Origin: Magallana gigas
Lineage: Eukaryota
Direction of reading: 5' to 3'
Length of the DNA: 64,000 nt
Assembly (NCBI RefSeq): GCF_963853765.1
Contig: NC_088857.1
Coordinates: 42,346,001-42,410,000, forward strand
The stretch's first letter is position 1. Each line of letters opens with the position of its first letter. Positions 37,480 through 50,564 of this stretch are shown piece after piece. The position numbers and the translations under genes are program-made. The notes beneath the pieces are model-generated. The model worked only from the letters and a program-made list of their open reading frames with translations, did no database searches and was not told where the DNA came from.

Positions 37480-39025
37480 GCGATTCCTCTAGATTACAAA
37501 TCAAATGATCCCCCTAGGTGTCCACTATGTCACAAACACGGCGTCCATCGATTCCTTTATGTTTAATACATAGTGGGTGTTCTATGACTCCGCTATGTTT
37601 CCGGTAAACTAGGGTACATACACTTTTCCAAAGATTTAACAAGGTTACAGACCCTGTATTAATACATGTTATTCCGCCAGGTTACAGATTCAACGGCGAA
37701 CGGATTCCACTATAGCTTAATTCTCGGTGTGCACTTATTTCGATCGGTTACAAACTCTGGGTCTTATGATTCTGCTAGGTTACAAACTTTGTGTCTAATG
37801 ATACTTTTATGTTACAGACTAGTCGGTGCCTAATGTTTATGCTAGGTTACATCAGAGACATAAATAACATGTTATTTATGTCTCTGGTTACATAGTTGAT
37901 GTACAATGATTTTACTTTGGTACAGACTGTCCTGTGATTCCGCTAGGTTACATACATGTACATCAATAAAATGATTTTATTAGCTTCCGGATTGGTGTAC
38001 AATTATTCAGGTAGGTTACATTACCCCCTTGTTACATTTACGGTGTGCAATGATTTATAATAGACTGATAGACTCTGTGTCTAATGATTCTGCTTAGTTA
38101 CAGACTCAATATCCAATGATTCAGCTAGGTTACGATCTTAATTAATGTCAAATGATCCCACAAAGTTACATACATTTGTCCAATGATTTAACTAGGTTAC
38201 AGATTTGGTATCGAATACTTCCGCTAGCCTACAGACTCAGTTTCCAATGATTGCACTAGGCTACAGACGCAAAAGGTGTTGTTATGTTAATACTCTGTTT
38301 CCAATGATTCAACTAGGTTACAGACTTGATGTCCAATAATGCAGGTTACAAACTCAATGCATGAGTATTTCACCTCTCATTAGCTACGATTTTGCAATGT
38401 TATTGTGTCCAACGACTGCACTAGCTTACAGAATTGACGTCCAAAGATTTTGCAAATTCAGCAGTGCATACATTTGTCCAATGACTCTACTAAGGTACAG
38501 AATTGCTGTACAATTATTCAGAAACGTAACAAACTCTGTGTCCAATGATACTCTCTTAGTTACAGGCTCAGTATCTTATGATTCCACTAGGTTACAGACA
38601 CAATGTCTAATGATACCCCTAGGTTACAGACACAATGTCTAATGATTCCACTAGGTTACAGACACAATGTCTAATGATTCCACTAGGTTACAGACACAAT
38701 GTCTAATGAATCCACTAGGTTACAGACACAATGTCTAATGATTCCACTAGGTTACAGACACAATGTCTAATGATTCCACTAGGTTTCAGACACAATGTCT
38801 AATGATTCCACTAGGTTACAGACACAATGTCTAATGATACCCCTAGGTTACAGACACAATGTCTAATGATACCCCTAGGTTACAGACACAATGTCTAATG
38901 ATACCCCTAGGTTACAGACACAATGTCTAATGATTCCACTAGGTTTCAGACACAATGTCTAATGATTCCACTAGGTTACAGACACAATGTCTAATGATTC
39001 CACTAGGTTACAGACAATGTCTAAT
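37480..39025. repeat. 32-bp satellite (gattccactaggttacagacacaatgtctaat): 14 near-perfect units at 38580-39025 preceded by ~1.1 kb of degenerate units; second copy 44087-44532
   Basis: Period 32 measured directly (38644, 38676, 38708...); no unique spacers. Confidence 0.95.
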
Positions 39026-39391
39026 TATTCTGCTTAGCTACATATTTGGTGTTCAATGCTTTTGCAAGGTTTTGGAAACTGAGAAATCATGATAAACAAC
39101 AAACGACATGGTCTTTATATTTTTTCTTTTAATAAATATAGCATCTAATGACTAGATATTACCAAGAATTTTTACTCTCTAAGTTGTCAAAGATACAATC
39201 ATTTTCCAGGTTTCATTGACTGCACATCTGAACTTATCATAATTTCAATGGAATGTTTATAATTCATCACAAACAGACTTGAATGATTTGCTGATATTGC
39301 CATTCACTAGTAATGGTGCATCCGGACTCCGAGTAAATACACTACACATATATACATATATTAACCACAGTTACTCTACAGCTCTCAATCC

Positions 39392-40681
39392 TCATCTCAT
39401 GTCCTCAGCAGAAAACATGCCCTACAAAGAAACCACCAGAAATTGATTTATACATGTAATGTTCTTGCATTATGATCTTATTATTAACTTGACTGCTCAA
39501 GTCACTGTCACATTTAAGGCAAATTGATAAATATTAAATAAATATGGAATCGATGTACTATATTGCCCCAGTAAACTGTATGGTACATAATCGAGTATAC
39601 TAAGTCTATTTTATATACATGTATATTAAAATTGTCATACTGTATATAATTCACTTTTGACATATCTATAGCAACTCTTAACTACTTGGAATTATAATCA
39701 CATATTCTTACATACAAAGAACTACATATTTTGATAAGCACAAATAAAGGTGGGAGTACACATTTGACCGAGAGTTTTACCTTGGCACGTCGTAGAATGG
39801 AATCTTTACTAGAATCGTATGGTGAATCTTTGCTGGGGATTTCTAGTACAGCTGGGATTGGCTGATCATGGGAATCAATAACATACCTGATTTCTTCTGC
39901 AATCTAAAGAGACGATAACTCATGACATTGCTAAGCATGCTACTGGTGTTACATATTATATAGATTTTGAATAAATCATTCTAATCCTGTAAAACTGCAA
40001 CTGATGAATACACATCAATCTCCTATGGAAGTGAAATTTTGCATGGCGGAAATCATATATAGCAAAGATCATTAATAATATTCAGTTTATTGACATCTAC
40101 AAGCAAACTATACAACAGTACATACTGTCTGATTAATCAGAATAATGGCAATGTCGTCTCTCTTCAGAAATCCTCGGAAAGCTTCCTCAATGTCATGTCT
40201 GCTGGTATCTAAAGAACAAAATCAACGGCTTTTAGACTGATATCTGTTATATTTGACTGATTATAAATTATGAAAGAGCATAAAATAAATACATGAAGGA
40301 ATAGAAACCAATTAATATTAAACACTCCTTTAGTAGTAAATGGAATAAGTATTTTAAATTTATAACATTTATTTCAATTTCAGATCAGTATCTCATTATA
40401 AAAGTCACATCCGAATGTGAACTTTTATAACTATACATGTATAATGGATTTCTACTACATGTACTATCTGCTAACAATTTTTAACTTTTACAATTTTTAA
40501 ATATTAAATATTTTTAAGGATATCTAATATGCAGGTTTATTTATCTGAATGGTAAATAGAGACTTCGTGAATTTGAATGGTTAACTTCACTGTTCTTACT
40601 TTTGTCGACAACAAGGAAATTTGGTTCTCTCTTTTTGTTCAATTCACCTATACCTCCTAATAAGAAACCTGTACAAGTGTC
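39392..40681 (-). pseudogene. ATP6V1F: Duplicate of ATP6V1F exons 2-5 without exon 1
   Basis: Exons 40681-40600, 40208-40126, 39903-39781 and 39421-39392 match the upstream copy; no start exon lies inside the duplicated unit. Confidence 0.85.
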
Positions 40682-40865
40682 CTGAAAAAAAAATCACAGA
40701 CCTGTACAATATTTGACTTAATAAATCAACATTTTAATTATCATTAATATGACTTTTTTATGATAACACTGCATAGTTCTGCCACAACTTATATCAAGAT
40801 TATATATTGACCAATTTACAGGTACATGTAGAAGTCGACTTGTCTAATATCTATATCAACTTTTC

Positions 40866-40960
40866 CGATTATGGCTCAGTTGGCAGAACATCTCACTAGA
40901 GATTCAGGGGGCCAGGTTTCAATCCTGGTCTGGTCCTTCATTATTTCTCCTGCCCCGCTA
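40866..40960 (+). mobile_element. Short tRNA-derived SINE-like fragment (second copy 46373-46467)
   Basis: TGGCTCAGTTGG (A box) and GGTTTCAATCC (B box), without a convincing acceptor stem. Confidence 0.6.
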
Positions 40961-41034
40961 TATATGATTATGAATGAGTTGACTTATCAACTAAAAATGT
41001 GAATTTGGTAAATCTGTATATGGTCCTTTTCATA

Positions 41035-41286
41035 TAGAACCATTTTAACAAGAGCTTGGCCTTTGGTAGTTGTGTCAAACAGCAATGTGATGTAGGCCTG
41101 TCTATTTCATTGCTAGCCACTCAGCCATGGCTCTTTCAAATCAACAAGATTTGTCTGGCTTTCGAGCTAAGACTATGCAATCAGTGCATATTTCATTTGA
41201 AACAGCATCATTTTTAACTTGTTTTGACGCAAGGAATAGATAGCTACGCCCCACTGGAAGTCCAAGGTCTTGTTAAAATGGTTCTA
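41035..41286. mobile_element. TA-ended MITE with ~25-bp TIRs (second copy at +5507)
   Basis: tagaaccattttaacaagagcttgg ... ccaaggtcttgttaaaatggttcta. Confidence 0.75.
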
Positions 41287-41308
41287 ATTATAACACCTTA
41301 CAATAAAA

Positions 41309-42264
41309 CTAGACTTTGACCCGTGCGTGCACGGGTTGACATTGCATAACGAACATTTAGAAATAGGTACATCGATACACCTTATTATTGACATTTACAT
41401 AACAAAGCTATAAGCCTACAATAATGCTATTAATTTCACTACACTTTCCTTAGTTTGAATAACCTAACTGTGTCTCGGGAAAAGCCCCTCCCTTACTTAT
41501 ACCCGTAAAGTAGCAGAAAATTGCAGAATCGCTCTGGAACGATTTTGGAGAAAGTTAATGAATGATGTTGCCTTGAAAATAACAGTCAAATACATCACAA
41601 CAAACCTTTTTGAGACTGCAAATACCTTTCAACTAAAAATTTTAATCCATAGAATGGTAGAACTCAACACCTTTTCACCAACGTACACGTAATCGTATAT
41701 TCTTTGTAAAACTGGGTCTGTAGGACATTATTCATTTTTACGATAAAACACATTCTATCATCTCTCTCCTAACAAATATAATGTAACATTTTTGCATGTA
41801 ATCAAATATTTTTTGTCATCACGAAGATGAAAGTAAGTGCTTAGTTGAAATGTATATTTGTTATTTTATACTTTCTCTAATAAGAAATCATTAATTTATA
41901 TGAACAAAATATATAGCAAAAGTCCAATGAAAATTTACCCGTATTTGTATTATCATTTCTGAGTTTATTCAGGCAGATGTGATATTGTGGAAACAAATAT
42001 AAACTAAAGATCCCGTTAGTGTGAATGTATTGCGCAAGTGCAAGATTGTAAAATCCAAAAAATCCAGGTGATTTCCGGGATTTTTTGAGGAATTTTCGTT
42101 GATTATTAATTAGCGAAGCTTAACTGAGAAAAAATAAAAACAAATTGGTAATCTTCAAGTACCAAAGATGTTTAAAATATATAAAACAAAAGACAGTATT
42201 CTTCCGATTTCTCGGTATTAAAGACTAAAAATTCGAGTCTATTATTTTAATATAGTAGTATAGA
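41309..42264 (-). mobile_element. Non-autonomous Helitron, 956 bp
   Basis: On the minus strand: A|TC 5' end, subterminal hairpin CCCGTGCACGCACGGG, 3' end CTAG|T; no TSD. Confidence 0.85.
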
Positions 42265-44898
42265 TATGCAGACTTGTACAAAGCTTGTTAGATTCTTATG
42301 TCTACATAAATCTGACTTATGTTAACTAGAGTGCTATTTCGTGGGGGGAGGGGGGCGGGGGGGGGGGCAGTTTACCCATGACTCCAACTTCTCATTATTT
42401 CCATCTTTTCTACGTAAATTTAGGAACAATTATCTTTGCTCCAAGAAAAAGTGGGGGGGGGGGGGGGGGCTGAACCCTCTCTGATGCTATGTGCCTAATG
42501 GTTAGGTCTAACTTTGCAAAAAAAAGTAGGGGGGGGGGCTAAGTCCCCCTAGCACCCTCACCCCCTGTTCCGACGCCTATGACATGACAAATCCTGGAGG
42601 GGGCAATGGCTGTTTGCATAATCATGGTTACATTTCGTCCCTATAAAATGCTTTGTTTTACGTTTTTACAAAATTTCTTATTAAAAACAAATATGTGATC
42701 GGCACGTTGTTTTACAGCAGATAATCTAACTCAAACTCCGTATGCTTAAAATATAAAAAAAGGAATTATGTAATTACATGTATGTAGGGAAAGGGTGCTT
42801 GTTGTTTTAAAATTGAAACACTTTTTCTGCAAGTTAAAGTTATTGTTATGTTTCAATTACTCTGCAGTCATCCTGTACAGTAATTACAAATAGTTTTCCT
42901 TTCAGGCTGATAAAATTCAAAGCTTTAAGTCTTGTTTATCGTAAGATTTAGTGACGTGCAAAATTAGTAAACAAGTTGTATGTGCAGCGATTCCTCTAGA
43001 TTACAAATCAAATGATCCCCCTAGGTGTCCACTATGTCACAAACACGGCGTCCATCGATTCCTTTATGTTTAATACATAGTGGGTGTTCTATGACTCCGC
43101 TATGTTTCCGGTAAACTAGGGTACATACACTTTTCCAAAGATTTAACAAGGTTACAGACCCTGTATTAATACATGTTATTCCGCCAGGTTACAGATTCAA
43201 CGGCGAACGGATTCCACTATAGCTTAATTCTCGGTGTGCACTTATTTCGATCGGTTACAAACTCTGGGTCTTATGATTCTGCTAGGTTACAAACTTTGTG
43301 TCTAATGATACTTTTATGTTACAGACTAGTCGGTGCCTAATGTTTATGCTAGGTTACATCAGAGACATAAATAACATGTTATTTATGTCTCTGGTTACAT
43401 AGTTGATGTACAATGATTTTACTTTGGTACAGACTGTCCTGTGATTCCGCTAGGTTACATACATGTACATCAATAAAATGATTTTATTAGCTTCCGGATT
43501 GGTGTACAATTATTCAGGTAGGTTACATTACCCCCTTGTTACATTTACGGTGTGCAATGATTTATAATAGACTGATAGACTCTGTGTCTAATGATTCTGC
43601 TTAGTTACAGACTCAATATCCAATGATTCAGCTAGGTTACGATCTTAATTAATGTCAAATGATCCCACAAAGTTACATACATTTGTCCAATGATTTAACT
43701 AGGTTACAGATTTGGTATCGAATACTTCCGCTAGCCTACAGACTCAGTTTCCAATGATTGCACTAGGCTACAGACGCAAAAGGTGTTGTTATGTTAATAC
43801 TCTGTTTCCAATGATTCAACTAGGTTACAGACTTGATGTCCAATAATGCAGGTTACAAACTCAATGCATGAGTATTTCACCTCTCATTAGCTACGATTTT
43901 GCAATGTTATTGTGTCCAACGACTGCACTAGCTTACAGAATTGACGTCCAAAGATTTTGCAAATTCAGCAGTGCATACATTTGTCCAATGACTCTACTAA
44001 GGTACAGAATTGCTGTACAATTATTCAGAAACGTAACAAACTCTGTGTCCAATGATACTCTCTTAGTTACAGGCTCAGTATCTTATGATTCCACTAGGTT
44101 ACAGACACAATGTCTAATGATACCCCTAGGTTACAGACACAATGTCTAATGATTCCACTAGGTTACAGACACAATGTCTAATGATTCCACTAGGTTACAG
44201 ACACAATGTCTAATGAATCCACTAGGTTACAGACACAATGTCTAATGATTCCACTAGGTTACAGACACAATGTCTAATGATTCCACTAGGTTTCAGACAC
44301 AATGTCTAATGATTCCACTAGGTTACAGACACAATGTCTAATGATACCCCTAGGTTACAGACACAATGTCTAATGATACCCCTAGGTTACAGACACAATG
44401 TCTAATGATACCCCTAGGTTACAGACACAATGTCTAATGATTCCACTAGGTTTCAGACACAATGTCTAATGATTCCACTAGGTTACAGACACAATGTCTA
44501 ATGATTCCACTAGGTTACAGACAATGTCTAATTATTCTGCTTAGCTACATATTTGGTGTTCAATGCTTTTGCAAGGTTTTGGAAACTGAGAAATCATGAT
44601 AAACAACAAACGACATGGTCTTTATATTTTTTCTTTTAATAAATATAGCATCTAATGACTAGATATTACCAAGAATTTTTACTCTCTAAGTTGTCAAAGA
44701 TACAATCATTTTCCAGGTTTCATTGACTGCACATCTGAACTTATCATAATTTCAATGGAATGTTTATAATTCATCACAAACAGACTTGAATGATTTGCTG
44801 ATATTGCCATTCACTAGTAATGGTGCATCCGGACTCCGAGTAAATACACTACACATATATACATATATTAACCACAGTTACTCTACAGCTCTCAATCC

Positions 44899-47800
44899 TC
44901 ATCTCATGTCCTCAGCAGAAAACATGCCCTACAAAGAAACCACCAGAAATTGATTTATACATGTAATGTTCTTGCATTATGATCTTATTATTAACTTGAC
45001 TGCTCAAGTCACTGTCACATTTAAGGCAAATTGATAAATATTAAATAAATATGGAATCGATGTACTATATTGCCCCAGTAAACTGTATGGTACATAATCG
45101 AGTATACTAAGTCTATTTTATATACATGTATATTAAAATTGTCATACTGTATATAATTCACTTTTGACATATCTATAGCAACTCTTAACTACTTGGAATT
45201 ATAATCACATATTCTTACATACAAAGAACTACATATTTTGATAAGCACAAATAAAGGTGGGAGTACACATTTGACCGAGAGTTTTACCTTGGCACGTCGT
45301 AGAATGGAATCTTTACTAGAATCGTATGGTGAATCTTTGCTGGGGATTTCTAGTACAGCTGGGATTGGCTGATCATGGGAATCAATAACATACCTGATTT
45401 CTTCTGCAATCTAAAGAGACGATAACTCATGACATTGCTAAGCATGCTACTGGTGTTACATATTATATAGATTTTGAATAAATCATTCTAATCCTGTAAA
45501 ACTGCAACTGATGAATACACATCAATCTCCTATGGAAGTGAAATTTTGCATGGCGGAAATCATATATAGCAAAGATCATTAATAATATTCAGTTTATTGA
45601 CATCTACAAGCAAACTATACAACAGTACATACTGTCTGATTAATCAGAATAATGGCAATGTCGTCTCTCTTCAGAAATCCTCGGAAAGCTTCCTCAATGT
45701 CATGTCTGCTGGTATCTAAAGAACAAAATCAACGGCTTTTAGACTGATATCTGTTATATTTGACTGATTATAAATTATGAAAGAGCATAAAATAAATACA
45801 TGAAGGAATAGAAACCAATTAATATTAAACACTCCTTTAGTAGTAAATGGAATAAGTATTTTAAATTTATAACATTTATTTCAATTTCAGATCAGTATCT
45901 CATTATAAAAGTCACATCCGAATGTGAACTTTTATAACTATACATGTATAATGGATTTCTACTACATGTACTATCTGCTAACAATTTTTAACTTTTACAA
46001 TTTTTAAATATTAAATATTTTTAAGGATATCTAATATGCAGGTTTATTTATCTGAATGGTAAATAGAGACTTCGTGAATTTGAATGGTTAACTTCACTGT
46101 TCTTACTTTTGTCGACAACAAGGAAATTTGGTTCTCTCTTTTTGTTCAATTCACCTATACCTCCTAATAAGAAACCTGTACAAGTGTCCTGAAAAAAAAA
46201 TCACAGACCTGTACAATATTTGACTTAATAAATCAACATTTTAATTATCATTAATATGACTTTTTTATGATAACACTGCATAGTTCTGCCACAACTTATA
46301 TCAAGATTATATATTGACCAATTTACAGGTACATGTAGAAGTCGACTTGTCTAATATCTATATCAACTTTTCCGATTATGGCTCAGTTGGCAGAACATCT
46401 CACTAGAGATTCAGGGGGCCAGGTTTCAATCCTGGTCTGGTCCTTCATTATTTCTCCTGCCCCGCTATATATGATTATGAATGAGTTGACTTATCAACTA
46501 AAAATGTGAATTTGGTAAATCTGTATATGGTCCTTTTCATATAGAACCATTTTAACAAGAGCTTGGCCTTTGGTAGTTGTGTCAAACAGCAATGTGATGT
46601 AGGCCTGTCTATTTCATTGCTAGCCACTCAGCCATGGCTCTTTCAAATCAACAAGATTTGTCTGGCTTTCGAGCTAAGACTATGCAATCAGTGCATATTT
46701 CATTTGAAACAGCATCATTTTTAACTTGTTTTGACGCAAGGAATAGATAGCTACGCCCCACTGGAAGTCCAAGGTCTTGTTAAAATGGTTCTAATTATAA
46801 CACCTTACAATAAAACTAGACTTTGACCCGTGCGTGCACGGGTTGACATTGCATAACGAACATTTAGAAATAGGTACATCGATACACCTTATTATTGACA
46901 TTTACATAACAAAGCTATAAGCCTACAATAATGCTATTAATTTCACTACACTTTCCTTAGTTTGAATAACCTAACTGTGTCTCGGGAAAAGCCCCTCCCT
47001 TACTTATACCCGTAAAGTAGCAGAAAATTGCAGAATCGCTCTGGAACGATTTTGGAGAAAGTTAATGAATGATGTTGCCTTGAAAATAACAGTCAAATAC
47101 ATCACAACAAACCTTTTTGAGACTGCAAATACCTTTCAACTAAAAATTTTAATCCATAGAATGGTAGAACTCAACACCTTTTCACCAACGTACACGTAAT
47201 CGTATATTCTTTGTAAAACTGGGTCTGTAGGACATTATTCATTTTTACGATAAAACACATTCTATCATCTCTCTCCTAACAAATATAATGTAACATTTTT
47301 GCATGTAATCAAATATTTTTTGTCATCACGAAGATGAAAGTAAGTGCTTAGTTGAAATGTATATTTGTTATTTTATACTTTCTCTAATAAGAAATCATTA
47401 ATTTATATGAACAAAATATATAGCAAAAGTCCAATGAAAATTTACCCGTATTTGTATTATCATTTCTGAGTTTATTCAGGCAGATGTGATATTGTGGAAA
47501 CAAATATAAACTAAAGATCCCGTTAGTGTGAATGTATTGCGCAAGTGCAAGATTGTAAAATCCAAAAAATCCAGGTGATTTCCGGGATTTTTTGAGGAAT
47601 TTTCGTTGATTATTAATTAGCGAAGCTTAACTGAGAAAAAATAAAAACAAATTGGTAATCTTCAAGTACCAAAGATGTTTAAAATATATAAAACAAAAGA
47701 CAGTATTCTTCTGATTTCTCGGTATTAAAGACTAAAAATTCGAGTCTATTATTTTAATATAGTAGTATAGATATGCAGACTTGTACAAAGCTTGTTAGAT

Positions 47801-48464
47801 TCTTATGTCTACATAAATCTGACTTATGTTAACTAGATGACACAGATATGACAAAGACATGTTTTTTGTGTTGATTTTGAAACCTTTAATAACAATCAAT
47901 GGCAAGGCGGCATAAAGTTAAAACGGGTCCGTAGAACATCAGTCATTTTAACGATAGAACATTCTATATAGGCGGCATAAAGCCTTGACAAGTCACTCAA
48001 CTTAATCATCAGGCAAGTGGTGGCAGAACATTTAGATTGAATATAAGAAATTGAATCAAGTTCAACTGGGTTTTTTTTGACAATCAACAACAGGTGTGTC
48101 AAAATGACTATCACATGTAAATAATAATAAAAAAAATTTGGCAAATATATGAAGACAATATCTTAAAAGAGGGAATTGCAAATACAGAAGTAAAAGCAAT
48201 ATTTAGACATCAGAATGATAGTACCTTATAGATACTATACCCTATAAAATAAAGAGATAAGTATATACTGTAGTCAGGTAGTAGTGTAGAACTAAGAACA
48301 TTCCTTGGTTGTCAATCATCATGTCCCCTCGTTTGTTAACTCTTTGTATGTAAAAATATGTTAAACATATTGCAAGAGTTTAATACAATGGGAAAATCAT
48401 TACAAAAGCGTACCTCATCGCCGATGACAGCGATTAATTTTCCTTTCACTGCTGAGTGGGACAT
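44899..48464 (-). CDS. ATP6V1F: V-type proton ATPase subunit F, 122 aa
   Basis: Exons 48464-48414 ([17 protein letters not shown]), 46188-46107 ([27 protein letters not shown]), 45715-45633, 45410-45288 ([15 protein letters not shown]) and 44928-44899 (GMFSAEDMR*); 369 nt, open, canonical splice sites. Confidence 0.97.
46816..47771 (-). mobile_element. Non-autonomous Helitron, second copy, in ATP6V1F intron 1
   Basis: Same termini as 41309-42264. Confidence 0.85.
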
Positions 48465-49158
48465 CTTGTTCAATAATGATCATGTGATAGTACGGTATGG
48501 CTAATTAACGATAAAAGGGAGGTCATCATAAAAGACAATCTTTGAAAATAACTTTCATAAAAAATTTTATCTGTATATAAAGCTTAAATTTATACATTCA
48601 GACTTACAACAGACTTTAATTCTTTTCGATATATTAAACATTTACATGTTGATCTTTTATTTATCTACTTTTTTTAATCCGGGAATGTTTGTTCTACCAT
48701 TCTGGATAAGCGTTATGTAAATTTCTTGTACTTCCTGAGAAAAAAAAAACTTTCGTTTCGTAGAAAAATATTGGAATATCGGAATATGAAAGAGTAAGAA
48801 CAATTTCATATTTTTATTCAATGTTAAACCGCCTGTTTAACGACTATATAAGTGATTGATTTCCTTTACGAGATTTATTGTTTCGATTTTGGCTTAAACA
48901 GTTGAACAGCTGGAAAACACCCTATAAGACTAAAAGATCTTTCATCAGCATTTAACATGGACGTAACTGTCATATACAGTATACTTCTCTGCATTTAAAC
49001 ATGTAAAATGATTTTCCAAGTGTCAGTCCAAATGATAGAAAAAAATTTTATGAAGAAATGTCATGAAAAACTCGTTTTAAATTTATGTTTTATGTTTGCA
49101 GAGTTCTGATGGTGACAATACTACATTATTCAACTGAATAAAGGTTGAAAGAGGAACC
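48465..49158. promoter_or_regulatory. Probable bidirectional promoter between ATP6V1F and the TMUB-family gene
   Basis: The two start codons are 694 bp apart, head to head. An acceptor (TTTGCAG near 49100) precedes the TMUB ATG, implying a non-coding first exon in this interval. Confidence 0.55.
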
Positions 49159-50564
49159 ATGTCTTTAATAGAAGGATTCGGAGATGAAGTGACTATATTT
49201 TTGGGCATTCTGTTAGTTCTATTTATAATTTGTTTGGCATGGATTTCGACAAACATACGGGACATTCCCTTTTTCAGTGTAATAATTATTGAACTAACTC
49301 ATAGAAGAAATAGGAACACAGAAAATACAAATCAGACAGAGGGTTTGAGCTCTTCAGAAGCCAATCCACCTAATCAAAGCAGTCAAAATAATTCTGAAAA
49401 TGTAGTGGAAGACATAATACCACAATCAGAAACAACATCCTTAGACAATGAACAATCTTCTACCATAGCGGATGAAGTTTCATCTGTAAATAGTCAAAAT
49501 GGCGAAGAAGAGGAGACACGTGAAAACCCAAATACCGATATAAATGTGACACAGGACACTAAAACTGATAGCACTGATTCTTCACAGCAATTAGATGAAA
49601 CAGAGCTTCGACACAGACGTTTGAATTTCTTTCAGGGTAAAAATGAAAGTAGCACTATATCAAATCCACAGACAGTTGTGGCAGACTCTTTGAATTTAAA
49701 TCAAGAACAGGGGTCACCAGTTCTAAGTCCTGTGACAGAACCCATTAACAGACAGCAAGAATCTGTACCATTGTCAGCCGAAAATGAGACTGTCCATTCT
49801 AGAGAAACAGATTCAGAAACGGGGTTAATTACTGTGAGATTGAAATACCTAAATGAGACCCAAAGAAATGTCACAGCAGCACCAAATGTAACCATTGGCC
49901 AGTTTAGAAGGTAATACTAAGTTTATCATTGAATCAACATGATCCTTTACTGATTAGAGTACGGGGCATAATAATATTTTTTGCTTCCTGACAAGTAATG
50001 TATAAAGATAGCCTGGCAGTAGAAGAATGAAGATTACTTTGAATATTACTTTAAGAATTAAGGATGTAAAATTAAGGTCTTTTGATTTAGAAACATCACT
50101 GGAATGATATATAATATACAATGATGGTTTATTACTTTGATACTTAAACATAATTTTTTTTCATAAATATTTGTAGAGACCATTTTGCCACAGAACTTTC
50201 TCAGAATAAATTGGTGCGGTTCATCTTCAATGGACAGGATCTACGCAATGACTCCAACACTCTCCAGAATTACAACATTGGAAACAACAGTGTAGTTCAC
50301 TGCCTAATCACTCAGGTCAACCAACAGGCCCCACCCCCACGCCAAGAAAACCAGGGCAGCTTTGACTTTGGGGTGGTAGTATTGCCTATCTTCGGTCTAC
50401 TCCTCTGTTTTGTGTGGTACCTGCGATTTGAGTACAGACATTTCTTCACTGCCACCTCAACGTTTATGTTAATAGGACTTACCTTTTTGTTCATTGCTGC
50501 CGTTTTGGCCTCATGGGATAGTCAGAGGCATAGGGAGCGGATTCCACATCAGCACATTGATTAG
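49159..50564 (+). CDS. TMUB1: Transmembrane and ubiquitin-like domain-containing protein (TMUB1/2 family), 379 aa
   Basis: Exons 49159-49910 and 50177-50564. N-terminal IEGFGDEVT plus TM helix; ubiquitin-like domain (ITVRLKYLNE..VRFIFNGQDL..SVVHC); two C-terminal TM helices (LLCFVWYLRFEYRHFFT). TMUB1 versus TMUB2 cannot be separated. Confidence 0.9.

Larger units (their letters stand above)
36817..47835. repeat. Near-identical tandem duplication of ~5.5 kb (36817-42328 and 42329-47835)
   Basis: Constant offset 5507 after the initial G-runs. Differences seen were confined to G-run lengths and one C/T substitution (near 42205 vs 47712). 2-bp GA microhomology at the junction. Confidence 0.97.

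Noticed and set aside
38361-38642. Identical 93-aa ORFs at 38361 and 43868
   Set aside because: They lie in degenerate satellite, and their identity simply reflects the 5.5-kb duplication.
38580-39025. 32-bp direct repeats resembling a CRISPR array
   Set aside because: Units are contiguous with no unique spacers, there are no cas genes, and the context is eukaryotic; this is a satellite.
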